Part shown: in pieces, positions 38,476 through 47,812 of the stretch
How the letters are laid out: each line of letters begins with the position of its first letter
Position numbering within the stretch: the first letter of the stretch is position 1
Source: Bdellovibrionota bacterium
GTDB lineage: Bacteria; Bdellovibrionota_C; UBA2361; JBGSMV01
DNA length: 64,000 nt
Assembly (NCBI GenBank): GCA_041739995.1
Contig: JBGSMV010000043.1
Coordinates: forward strand, 24,471-88,470
Reading direction: 5' to 3'
The notes under the pieces: generated by a model
What the model was told of the DNA's origin: nothing
Database searches by the model: none
Seen by the model: the letters and a program-made list of their open reading frames with translations, nothing else
Made by a program: the position numbers and the translations under genes

Positions 38476-39702
38476 ATGCCCGTCTTTGAATACACCGCGA
38501 TCTCCTCCTCCGGCAAAACGTCCCGTGGCTCCGTTGATGCGGAGAACGTTCGTGTAGCGCGACAACGCCTGCGCCAACAAGGTGTTTTCCCCACAGAGAT
38601 CAAGGAAGGGATGGCAGCAAGAAAGGCTGCCACCCGCGACGTCAGCAAGTACTTTCAATCAGATAGTATTTCTACTGGAGATCTTGCGATCGCCACCCGT
38701 CAACTCGCCACTCTCTCAGGCGCAGGACTCCCTCTCGTTTCGGCCCTCTCTGCTTTGGGAGACCAGACGGAGTCACAGGCACTTAAGAGAATCATCGTCG
38801 ACGTGAAGGAGAAGGTAGAGGAAGGCACCTCGCTCGCTAAGGCCATGGGCGGATTTCCAAAATCTTTTCCAAAACTGTACGTCAATATGGTAGCCTCGGG
38901 CGAAGCCTCAGGCACGCTGGATGCGGTGCTCACGAATCTTGCCGACTATCTCGAAGCGCAACTCGAACTGAAACGAAAAGTCACCGCAGCGCTCACCTAT
39001 CCGATCCTCATGTTGGTGATATGCAGCCTGGTGGTGGTGGTGCTGCTCGTATGGGTTGTTCCGAAGATCGTGGATATTTTCATCAAGCAGAAGATCGCTC
39101 TCCCGCTCCCCACCCGCATTATGCTGGGGATTTCGAACGGAATAATTGACTATTGGTTTGTACTCATTGCCCTTGGCGCGCTGCTGGCCTGGTTGATGCG
39201 CTGGTACTACGCCCAACCACATGGGCGAGAACGCATAGATCGTCTAATTCTACGCGTGCCAATTTATGGACCTGTGTTCTTAAAGGTGAACACCGCGCGC
39301 GTTATGCGCACCCTTGGAACGCTTCTTGAAAGTGGCGTTGGATTGCTCGCCGCCCTCGATATAACAAAAAATCTCGTCAATAACGTTCACCTTGTACGCG
39401 CCATCGAGGATGCACGCGAGGGCGTTCAAGAAGGCCGCTCCCTGGCTCGCGAACTATCGAAAAGCGGGCTGTTCCCTCCCATGGTGGGGCACATGATCGC
39501 GGTGGGAGAAAAGAGCGGCGAGCTAGAAGGCATGCTTACAAAGGTGGGAAAGATCTACGAGAATGAGGTTAATGCTATCCTTGGTGGTATCACTCGCCTG
39601 ATTGAACCTCTTATGATGGTCGGTGTAGGGCTGGTGGTGTTTTCCATCGTCATGTCGGTGCTTATGCCCATGACCGAGCTCATCAACCTGGTTGAGCAAT
39701 AG
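38476..39702 (+). CDS. gspF: Type II secretion inner membrane protein F
   Basis: TRQLATL..AG.PL, GEASG.LD..L, ALTYP, GEKSGEL, LIEP. Confidence 0.96.
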   Translation: MPVFEYTAISSSGKTSRGSVDAENVRVARQRLRQQGVFPTEIKEGMAARKAATRDVSKYFQSDSISTGDLAIATRQLATLSGAGLPLVSALSALGDQTESQALKRIIVDVKEKVEEGTSLAKAMGGFPKSFPKLYVNMVASGEASGTLDAVLTNLADYLEAQLELKRKVTAALTYPILMLVICSLVVVVLLVWVVPKIVDIFIKQKIALPLPTRIMLGISNGIIDYWFVLIALGALLAWLMRWYYAQPHGRERIDRLILRVPIYGPVFLKVNTARVMRTLGTLLESGVGLLAALDITKNLVNNVHLVRAIEDAREGVQEGRSLARELSKSGLFPPMVGHMIAVGEKSGELEGMLTKVGKIYENEVNAILGGITRLIEPLMMVGVGLVVFSIVMSVLMPMTELINLVEQ

Positions 39703-39770
39703 GTACCGAATCGCTCGCTTGTGCTCCGACGGGGCTTTGGATATCCTCTGAAGATACAAGGGCTTGCATT

Positions 39771-40232
39771 ATGAAACACAATTCGATCTCAAGTATTTTC
39801 TCTCGTCTCACTTCCCGTTCGGGTACTCGAAGAAGTGAGACCGGCTTGACCTTGATTGAAATCATGGTGGTGCTCATCATTTTGAGCCTCGTAATGGCTT
39901 GGCTTGGGACCGGACTTTTTGCTAAAGGCGATGAAGCAAAGCAGCGTCTTACACAGCTTAAGATCAAAGAGGTCGGCAATCTTATCGGCCAGTTTCAACT
40001 ACAGTATAATAAGCTTCCCACCTCGCTAGAGGATCTGACCCGCTGCACCGAGGCTACTGGACAAAATTGCATACCAGTCACCTCAGAAGACAAGTTAGCC
40101 GATGCGTGGAACAACAAGTTCACCTATTCGACCGAGGAGTCGGGCAGACGTTACCGTATTAAGAGTCTCGGTCGTGATGGTCGAGAAGGCGGCGAGGGAG
40201 CTGATGCAGATCTTTTTGGTACTGGCCCTTAA
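39771..40232 (+). CDS. gspG: Major pseudopilin
   Basis: G|LTLIEIMVV; DAWNN...SLGRDGREGGEG.DADL C-terminal motif. Confidence 0.92.
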   Translation: MKHNSISSIFSRLTSRSGTRRSETGLTLIEIMVVLIILSLVMAWLGTGLFAKGDEAKQRLTQLKIKEVGNLIGQFQLQYNKLPTSLEDLTRCTEATGQNCIPVTSEDKLADAWNNKFTYSTEESGRRYRIKSLGRDGREGGEGADADLFGTGP

Positions 40233-40292
40233 TGCACCTGAGGTGGCACAAAGCACCTCGAATGTGGTTCTAAAACATGAGTCAGAGTCCCT

Positions 40293-41069
40293 GTGATTCA
40301 AGCCAGGCCACATTGCATTCTTGAGAAACCACAGACGCCTCGTCCCTCACCTGCAAATTTGTCTTACGCTCCATTACACGGCTCGCCCCCTACTTCAACA
40401 CGACGCACCAACACACCAAGAAGCAACAAAAACTTATCCTGCTCGCCTGGGTTCACCCTAATCGAACTCGTAGTAGTGATCGCCATCATTGCGGTGCTTC
40501 TCACATTGTTCGGCCTCCGCACTGGTACCTTTAGCTACTGGAAAGACGAGGGATTCCTTCGTCGCCTGTCCGAGACCATGACGTTTCTTCATCGTCAGGC
40601 AGTGATTGATGGCTCTTTTTACCGCTTGGAGTTTGATTTCGACCGGCGCGAGTACAAAGTTGGAATGATCGTGGGCAGTACTGGCAACGCCCAAGGGACG
40701 ACGGGGGCCACATCAAGTCTATTGGGAAACTTAAGCATTGAGCTCAACGAAATTATAAGCCCGGCCCTCGGCAGCACTCAGGTACTGATTGATCCGCCCT
40801 CATTCCCTTCTCTGGCTCAAGCAGTCGAGTTTCCCGGACAGATCGTACTTGAGCGCATTCGAAATCCTCGAGGCGAGTTCGTCGCTAGCGACGGAGAAAA
40901 GCCCTTTATTTTATTTTCCCCGCGTGGCTTCTCGGAGTTCGCCGTAATTAACTTTAGAATGAGTGACGGGAATCCAGTCACTCTTGCAGTCAATTCGTTT
41001 ACCGGATTAACCGACGTCTATAGAGAGGAGAGAGATTTTGAGTGGTCCTATGGTCGCTCCCCTTCTTAA
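40293..41069 (+). CDS. gspH: Minor pseudopilin H-like
   Basis: G|FTLIELVVV; F..RG motif; position after gspG. Start uncertain. Confidence 0.72.
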   Translation: MIQARPHCILEKPQTPRPSPANLSYAPLHGSPPTSTRRTNTPRSNKNLSCSPGFTLIELVVVIAIIAVLLTLFGLRTGTFSYWKDEGFLRRLSETMTFLHRQAVIDGSFYRLEFDFDRREYKVGMIVGSTGNAQGTTGATSSLLGNLSIELNEIISPALGSTQVLIDPPSFPSLAQAVEFPGQIVLERIRNPRGEFVASDGEKPFILFSPRGFSEFAVINFRMSDGNPVTLAVNSFTGLTDVYREERDFEWSYGRSPS

Positions 41070-41082
41070 CCTGGGAATATTT

Positions 41083-41613
41083 ATGCTGAAGGCGCCAGCA
41101 CGTGCGTGCCGGTTTTGGCTACCCAGCACTATTGGTAAGCAGCCTCGCTCCCGAGAAGCGCTGGCACTCACCCCTAGAATCCGGGGCCAGGCGGGCTTTA
41201 CCCTCATCGAGATTACTGTGGCAATTGTGATTCTTGCCACGTCTCTGATTATCCTGCTTGGGCTTCAATCCTCCTCGGTGCAAAGAGCGGTCTATGATCG
41301 CAACGCGCAGCAGGCGATGCTTATTGCTCGTGAGATACTTTCGGCGATCGATATCGCCAAGGACCCGGGGCTTCTTGGTGAGGCCTTCGGCAGCCCAGAA
41401 GAAGTGCTAAGAGACGTGCTGGGATCCGCTTCACTCCCTGCTGATGGGCTTGACCCGGCAGGAAAGTTTGATGTTGATCTGAAATTTGAAGAAATCGAAC
41501 TGCCGATTCCCAATCTTGGCTCCGAGCACCTGCGAAAGGCAACTTTGGCGATACGATGGCCAGGCAGCCCGGAACAAGGCCTCGTAATCGACTACTATCT
41601 GGTGGTGGGATAG
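41083..41613 (+). CDS. gspI: Minor pseudopilin I-like
   Basis: G|FTLIEITVA; short beta-rich C-terminus (LRKATLAIRW); gene order. Confidence 0.72.
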   Translation: MLKAPARACRFWLPSTIGKQPRSREALALTPRIRGQAGFTLIEITVAIVILATSLIILLGLQSSSVQRAVYDRNAQQAMLIAREILSAIDIAKDPGLLGEAFGSPEEVLRDVLGSASLPADGLDPAGKFDVDLKFEEIELPIPNLGSEHLRKATLAIRWPGSPEQGLVIDYYLVVG

Positions 41614-41614
41614 G

Positions 41615-42490
41615 ATGAGCAAACCATCCTTCAATAGGACTGGCCACACGGAGACGGCGAGGACCGTAAACGCGCTCCACTGTACGATGCAGCATAGTTC
41701 AATACGACACAGTGAAATACAACACAGTGCAATACGACACAGTGCAATACGACATAGCGCAAAACGTAACTGCGCTGCTGGTTTTACGCTAATCGAGCTT
41801 GTGATCTCTATCGCACTTCTCACCGTAATCATGTCGGTGGCCTATTCGTCGCTTACCGCGATCGTAAGCAGCAAGGCTGCGCTTGACGATGGGCGAGACG
41901 CTGATCTTGCGGCCAACTCTCTATTGCTACGCATGACTCGGGAGCTTGGAAGCATTGAGCTTAAGCCGTCAAACGGTAACCTTAATCCTTGTCCTCCTTC
42001 ACCTCCTGCTTCGGCCAGTCATACTCCAGTCCTTGGACTTCGGGAGACGCTTAGGAATGGAGAGCGAGGTGACTCGATAAGCTTTATCGCTTCTAATGTA
42101 GGGCAGTACCTGCCAGACGGGGGCACGCACACGGGACTTGTACAAATCACGTATCGCGTCGAAGAGGTATCGGAGAACCCGGAGGCGATACAAAGTTACC
42201 GAATGCTGCGAGAAGAGCTGCCCTATCCTGGCCCAAGCAAAGCGAAGGCAGGCTCGAATCTCCCCCCAGGTGCATCCCCGGCATGCTCCGAAATGTTTCG
42301 CTTTGCTCTTACCGAGCGGCTCACGAGCCTTAAATTCGAATATTACGATCAGCAGAATCAACGCTGGGAAGACTCCATCGGATCAGGCAGCGTTCCGGCT
42401 CGAGCGCGCCTGGTAAGATTTTCCATCAAGCTCACCTCACCTCTGGGCATTGAACGCCTCTACGCATCTTCGGTTCCGATCCAAGAGTAA
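41615..42490 (+). CDS. gspJ: Minor pseudopilin J-like
   Basis: G|FTLIELVIS; M.REL, ITYRV, L.SLKFEYYD...W; gene order. Confidence 0.78.
   Translation: MSKPSFNRTGHTETARTVNALHCTMQHSSIRHSEIQHSAIRHSAIRHSAKRNCAAGFTLIELVISIALLTVIMSVAYSSLTAIVSSKAALDDGRDADLAANSLLLRMTRELGSIELKPSNGNLNPCPPSPPASASHTPVLGLRETLRNGERGDSISFIASNVGQYLPDGGTHTGLVQITYRVEEVSENPEAIQSYRMLREELPYPGPSKAKAGSNLPPGASPACSEMFRFALTERLTSLKFEYYDQQNQRWEDSIGSGSVPARARLVRFSIKLTSPLGIERLYASSVPIQE
41693..41760 (+). repeat. In-frame 15-bp tandem repeat in the GspJ leader (HSAIR-like x4.5)
   Basis: CATAGTTCAATACGA CACAGTGAAATACAA CACAGTGCAATACGA CACAGTGCAATACGA CATAGCGC. Confidence 0.85.
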
Positions 42491-42743
42491 TCATCCTCGG
42501 ATCTGGGTTCCGCGACGGATTAGATGCAAGCTCCCTGATAAATCTAAAAATCAAGAACGAAAGCTTCCTCGACGCTTACGAGGAAAATGCGCGCAGACAC
42601 TTCTGATTGCCTCACCTACGAAGTTCCCCTACTCACCTTCATAGAGTCCGCCTAAAACCTCGTAAATTCTCCCATGGAGCAAGGCTTCAACGAAGAGGAC
42701 TAGAGAACAGAAGAACTAGTGTTGCCTGTGATCCCTACATCCT

Positions 42744-43094
42744 ATGAAGGCTCAAAACGTTATCCGCAAAATTGATTCATCTTGCTCCGCCGGCGCAAGC
42801 ATTGCCGAAGCTCTGCTGCTGGTTAGCTTTTGCTCGCTCTTCGTGGTCGCAGGCCTCAATATTTTCTCCAAGGGAGTTACTTACTCATACTGCAAAGCCG
42901 CCCTTGAGGTAGCCAGTGTAAATGGTGGAGGTACGGATGAAGCGACTGAGGGCGAAAGCGGAACCGACCGTTCCCCAGATCGAAGAAGACGTTCTGACCT
43001 CGAGGCTTCAGAAATATCGATTCAGACTTGTGTCGCCACTGCCCGTGGCGCGCGTGGAGTTTCCGGCGGTGGGAGATTCGGCAGTCCTCGATGA
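42744..43094 (+). CDS. Flp/TadE-like prepilin
   Basis: G|ASIAEALLL (E at +5) followed by a hydrophobic helix; resembles 16352-16600. Confidence 0.55.
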   Translation: MKAQNVIRKIDSSCSAGASIAEALLLVSFCSLFVVAGLNIFSKGVTYSYCKAALEVASVNGGGTDEATEGESGTDRSPDRRRRSDLEASEISIQTCVATARGARGVSGGGRFGSPR

Positions 43095-43312
43095 GGCGAA
43101 ACCACTTCTCTCAAAAAATTGGGCTACGTGCATTTGCCCAGTAAGCTTCGCACCGATCCAATGCACCAGGGGCAATCCTTCGTCAACGAATGGTTTCAAC
43201 CTCATGCCTTGCCCTCTAACCTCGACCGACACGGCTCGCATCATCCGATATAGAATTCTCTATTGACGTCTTAAGAAATAGTCGCCAACTTTATGCAGTC
43301 CTCTCCTTCAAA

Positions 43313-43948
43313 TTGCTTTTAAACGACGAGAATAGCATGGAAAACGAAGCAGCCCTTTTCCACCAGCGGTCCGCTCCTACTCCTGGAAAATTAGCGCCCT
43401 CTCCTATAGGAAGCATGAACTTCAATGTTCTCCGCGCAATACTGGAAGAACATCGACTGTTAAAGCTAAATCGCGGTGCGGAAATTGGGGTGTTCCGGGC
43501 AGACACCTCCTCCCACCTTCTTCAGTCTTTTCCTGAGTTACAGATGTACTGCATAGATCCGTATGTAGCCTATGTCGAACACGAGGGCGACAAGACCCAG
43601 GCAAAGATGTCTGAGTGCGAGACCACTGCTCGCTCCCGACTTGCTCCATTTGGAGATCGCGTCACCTTGATTAAGGATTTTTCGCTCCAGGCTGCCTCCC
43701 GTATCCCTGACGCCGCACTCGATTTCGTCTTTATCGATGCTATCCACTCCTTCGAAGCAGTCTCAGCCGACCTACAAGCTTGGTTTCCAAAAGTCCGGCC
43801 TGGGGGAATGATTGCGGGTCATGATTTTCGGTGGGGCGGGATTCAGGAAGCAGTCGAACAGTTCATCGCCCCGCTTGGCATTGGAGGATTTTTCTCTCCA
43901 TCCACAAGCGATGTGTGGTTTTTCCAAAAAGGAAATGTCGCTCCCTAA
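43313..43948 (+). CDS. Class I SAM-dependent methyltransferase (Methyltransf_24)
   Basis: GAEIGV, CIDPY, DFVFIDAIH, W.PKVRPGGMIAGHDF. Start may be ATG 43337. Confidence 0.88.
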   Translation: MLLNDENSMENEAALFHQRSAPTPGKLAPSPIGSMNFNVLRAILEEHRLLKLNRGAEIGVFRADTSSHLLQSFPELQMYCIDPYVAYVEHEGDKTQAKMSECETTARSRLAPFGDRVTLIKDFSLQAASRIPDAALDFVFIDAIHSFEAVSADLQAWFPKVRPGGMIAGHDFRWGGIQEAVEQFIAPLGIGGFFSPSTSDVWFFQKGNVAP

Positions 43949-44081
43949 AGACGACCATCGCCGTTGCCACATTTCAAAGCACCTTTATCTTATTGCTCTT
44001 GAATCAAAGAGTTCCGCTGTGAGGCATAGAGAAACGACCCCAAGTACTTAAGTTTAGTACGGCTACAAAGTCTGGAGAACT

Positions 44082-45005
44082 CTAGCTGGCCTTCTTGGTA
44101 TCAAGCAGCTTAGTCGCCAGCGCAAACATAGAACCTAAATCAGTCAAATTTGCAGGCAGAACGATGGTGTTGTTCGTCCGCGCGATATTTCCAAACTGTT
44201 GAATGTACTGCTCGGCAATTCGAAGCTTCATGGCCTCTTGCCCACTCGCATCCCCAAGCACCTCACCAACACGACGCAGACCCTGCGCGGTTGCTTCAGC
44301 CACTGAAAGAATCGCGGCGGCTTCGCCTTCTGCTTCATTGATTTGAAGTTGCTTATTTGCTTCTGATTCTTTGATGACTTTTTGTTTGTCACCTTCTGCA
44401 GAGTTGATCGCTGCGTCGCGCTCACCTTCTGAGGTCAGGATCTTGGCGCGTTTCTCTCGCTCTGCGCGCATCTGCTTTTCCATGGCCTGTAACACTTCAT
44501 GCGGCGGATTGATGTTCTTAATTTCATAACGAAGCACCTTAACGCCCCAAGAAGTAGAGGCCTTGTCAACCTCCGCCACTACCGATTGGTTAATAAGGGC
44601 GCGCGCCTCAAAAGTCTTATCAAGATCAATCTGGCCGACCTCACTTCGAAGCGTGGTTTGTGCCAATTGAATCAAGGCATCAAGGTAATTAGAAATACCG
44701 TAAGAAGCATCATGCGGATCGAGAACCTGCAGATACAGAACCCCATCAACGCCGACCTGTACGTTGTCCTTGGTGATACAAACTTGCTCGGGAATATCGA
44801 GCGCCTGCTCTTTAAGAGTATGGCGGTAACTGATTTTATCCAAAAAAGGGATAAGGAAGTGAAATCCTGCGTATAGCGTCCCACGGTACTTTCCCATGCG
44901 CTCAACGACAAATGCGCTCTGCTGAGGAACAATGACTGCTGTCTTGAAGAGAACGACAACGAAGAATATAGCGAACGCAATGACTATAAAAATAACCGGT
45001 CCCAT
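44082..45005 (-). CDS. SPFH/band 7 protein (QmcA/paraslipin)
   Basis: VPQQSAFVVERMG, QVCITKDNV, AQTTLRS, QMRAEREKRA. Confidence 0.93.
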   Translation of the reverse strand: MGPVIFIVIAFAIFFVVVLFKTAVIVPQQSAFVVERMGKYRGTLYAGFHFLIPFLDKISYRHTLKEQALDIPEQVCITKDNVQVGVDGVLYLQVLDPHDASYGISNYLDALIQLAQTTLRSEVGQIDLDKTFEARALINQSVVAEVDKASTSWGVKVLRYEIKNINPPHEVLQAMEKQMRAEREKRAKILTSEGERDAAINSAEGDKQKVIKESEANKQLQINEAEGEAAAILSVAEATAQGLRRVGEVLGDASGQEAMKLRIAEQYIQQFGNIARTNNTIVLPANLTDLGSMFALATKLLDTKKAS

Positions 45006-45029
45006 ACCTGCTCCTACACTTCGACTAAA

Positions 45030-45479
45030 CTATTGATTGTTTTCAGAGGAAGGACTTCCCCCGACAACCAGCATAATTCCCTCAACGCGGGTTACCACAC
45101 AGCGCTGACCAACTTTTAGCGATTCTGCTCCATCATTCCGCAAGCTCCAAGACGCCCCGCGGAGTTCGCCACTACCCACCCCTCTCGGTTCAACATCAGT
45201 AGTGAGAGTAACCGTCTGACCCTGAGGGCCACGATCTGCATCCTTTTCGCCTGAATCCGTCCGCCCCATCATGTAACTGCGCACGTACATCAAAAGGGCA
45301 GACGAGAACAAGACGAATAGAATCCAATGCAACCAGGCAGGACCGCCGAGACCAATAAAGACCACTAATCCGGTCGCGACCGCTCCAATGCCAATAAGAA
45401 AGACGAAGAAACCCGTCGGTAGAAAAAGTTCGAGGGCCAGCAACGCCAAACCAAAGAAAATCCAAAGCCACCATTCCAT
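45030..45479 (-). CDS. NfeD family membrane protein
   Basis: WWLW...ALEL, TM helices, C-terminal OB-fold (G..W...V..V.G..L.V); paired with the SPFH gene. Confidence 0.9.
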   Translation of the reverse strand: MEWWLWIFFGLALLALELFLPTGFFVFLIGIGAVATGLVVFIGLGGPAWLHWILFVLFSSALLMYVRSYMMGRTDSGEKDADRGPQGQTVTLTTDVEPRGVGSGELRGASWSLRNDGAESLKVGQRCVVTRVEGIMLVVGGSPSSENNQ

Positions 45480-45735
45480 GGCTCCGTCTTAGGTCAGGAC
45501 TATAAAATTGTCAAAGAATTTCAATGTGCTGCCCCGATTCCACGCAGGCTGAGTATCGTCGATTCCTTCCAAGCCGCTACTATAAATGATCTAGATTGCC
45601 TGGAGGTATTTTGAGAGAAGGGGTCGGGCCAGCTCTGTCCAGCTACGGATAGCTGTTTACTCGCTTTCCTCAGAGGCTGAAGCCTTCTATCACTCCTAAT
45701 ATCTGGTCGAACTTCCTACATGAGTGGCCCCTGAT

Positions 45736-46755
45736 ATGCCTAGAGAACGAATTCATTGGGAGTTGATGAGGCAAGCGAGCGCCAAACTCAACCACCAGCA
45801 TGGCTTCGGAAAAGTGCTCTCTGAACAACCAAGGCTCTCGATGCTGGGGGCTATTTTGCCGGACGTGCCCTATTACCTCGAGAGAGGGAAAAGCCAGGAC
45901 GGAAATGCACTTGGCGACTTTCTGCATGGTCGGCATGGAGAAGACACCTTCGAGCCACTAAGGCACTGGTCGTCGTCGATCCGAGAACTCCCAGAGACCC
46001 AGCAACCGGCGTCTTGGGCCTTATGGGCTGGGTTCCTTTCCCATTGCATTGTGGACCAAACCTTTCACCCAATGGTTTATTGGCACACTGGCGACTATCA
46101 CGCTCCAGACGAAACGGAGAAATCTGACGCTCGAATAAACCATCGGGTATTCGAGGTACTCCTCGACTCACTAGTGCGCGAAAGATCACTTCCATCGACA
46201 GTCGAAGAACTGCGCTCGCAAGTGGATTGGCAATCAGGGGCCGCACTACATATTTTTACCAAATCCATAGATCCGCTCTTTGCGCAGAGGAAACGAGAAC
46301 ACGATGGTTCGATAATTTCGATCTCAGATCTCAGCGCAGCATGGAGACAGGGCTTGGCTGCATACTCAACGATACATCGTTTAGCACAGTCTTGTTTGGT
46401 CGGGGCAGGGCTGCGCACGATCGCGTATGTCTCCGCCAACAGGCGCTTTCGAGAGATCTCAGCCTTATGTGCGTTCGGGCGCACGGCTGAGGCGTCAGCC
46501 TATTCAAAAAAAGTTAAATTCCAGAATCCAGTCACGGCTCAAGCACTCGAGACTTCGATCTCTGATTTAATGGAGGTCGCCCGCGCCCGCTTTTTATCGG
46601 AACTAATGCTCTGTGATGACTTCATTGAAGGGCGCACTTCTTTGCAACACGCCCCCCTTTCTGTGCAAGGAGGCACCTCCCTCGCCTACGGAGTGTTTGG
46701 GGCAAGTGATTGCGACGGGAAGTACTTTGCACCCGCGCTCACTCCATTTTTCTAG
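45736..46755 (+). CDS. Zinc-dependent phospholipase C family protein
   Basis: MP....H, LGAILPD.PYY, GFLSH..VD..FHP.VY, H..FE..LD. Confidence 0.8.
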   Translation: MPRERIHWELMRQASAKLNHQHGFGKVLSEQPRLSMLGAILPDVPYYLERGKSQDGNALGDFLHGRHGEDTFEPLRHWSSSIRELPETQQPASWALWAGFLSHCIVDQTFHPMVYWHTGDYHAPDETEKSDARINHRVFEVLLDSLVRERSLPSTVEELRSQVDWQSGAALHIFTKSIDPLFAQRKREHDGSIISISDLSAAWRQGLAAYSTIHRLAQSCLVGAGLRTIAYVSANRRFREISALCAFGRTAEASAYSKKVKFQNPVTAQALETSISDLMEVARARFLSELMLCDDFIEGRTSLQHAPLSVQGGTSLAYGVFGASDCDGKYFAPALTPFF

Positions 46756-46831
46756 AATTCTTAGGTTCTAAACTCTCTAGGCGTCGGTGACACAACCCTA
46801 TTCATGAGGCTTCGGCGGGACGTCGTCGGCT

Positions 46832-47779
46832 GTGCCTGTGTCACAGACTCCTAGAAAACTACCTTTGAACAAGGTCTTCGCTGTCCTATCATGCCGTGCA
46901 GCACATAACTCTATGAACAAGCTGAAAGAAATATCGAGTGAATCTTGGGCACCGCCGCCGACTTGTATTCCTGTTTCAAGATTTGAGTTACCTCCGAATT
47001 CCTCCAGCTCCGAAATCTCTCGAGTTGCTCTGCTCATTCATGGACTTACTGGCTCTCCGGAAGAGATGCGACCGATAGCTGCACAGCTTGCGGCCCATGG
47101 ATATCATTGCGTAGCTCCGCTTCTTTCAGGACACTGCACTTCCCTCGACGACTTGAGCAACACGCCTCTCACAAGTTGGCAGGCCACAATTCTCAATGAG
47201 CTCGAACTTATCAAAACAAATTCGCCAACCGCGCAGGTGGTGCTGATAGGACTGTCCCTCGGTGCGCTGCTCTCGCTTTGGCTTCTGCTGGAACGCCCCC
47301 ACCTGATAGCGTGCACGGTGCTTCTTTCTCCGCCACTACGCCTTCGTTCCCCAAGAGATGAGGTTCTGCATCGATTTCTCTCATTCCTCCCCGAGTGCCT
47401 TTTGCCGCTTCTGGGTTCGCGAGCGAAGAGTCGACGTCCTGTCGGATATCTTCAATATCGTCATAATGCCTACCCCCGTCATTCAATTGCAGCGGCGGAG
47501 CGGGTTCTCCGGCTGCGCGATAGGCTGCTGAGCTCCCTGCCCAGCGCATTTCAATCTCCAGGCTCTGCCCCGCGCATTATCGCGGCCTTTGACCCACAAG
47601 ACCATCTCGTAGACGCTCAATGGTCCGAGCGTTGGATTTCGACACACCTCCCAAACGCTGAAAACTTGCGCCTTGCAGGCGGGCAGCATGAGCTGCCTAT
47701 AGGGCATCGTTCTAACGAACTTAGTGAGATTCTTACGGCAAAGCTCGGTCCGTCCCTTGCGAGCCCTGGGTCTAAATGA
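46832..47779 (+). CDS. Alpha/beta hydrolase (carboxylesterase-like)
   Basis: LIHGLTGSP, GLSLG nucleophile elbow, DHLV, GQHE. Start uncertain. Confidence 0.87.
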   Translation: MPVSQTPRKLPLNKVFAVLSCRAAHNSMNKLKEISSESWAPPPTCIPVSRFELPPNSSSSEISRVALLIHGLTGSPEEMRPIAAQLAAHGYHCVAPLLSGHCTSLDDLSNTPLTSWQATILNELELIKTNSPTAQVVLIGLSLGALLSLWLLLERPHLIACTVLLSPPLRLRSPRDEVLHRFLSFLPECLLPLLGSRAKSRRPVGYLQYRHNAYPRHSIAAAERVLRLRDRLLSSLPSAFQSPGSAPRIIAAFDPQDHLVDAQWSERWISTHLPNAENLRLAGGQHELPIGHRSNELSEILTAKLGPSLASPGSK

Positions 47780-47812
47780 GATCGTTTCGATTGCACAAGG
47801 AAGGATTATCGC

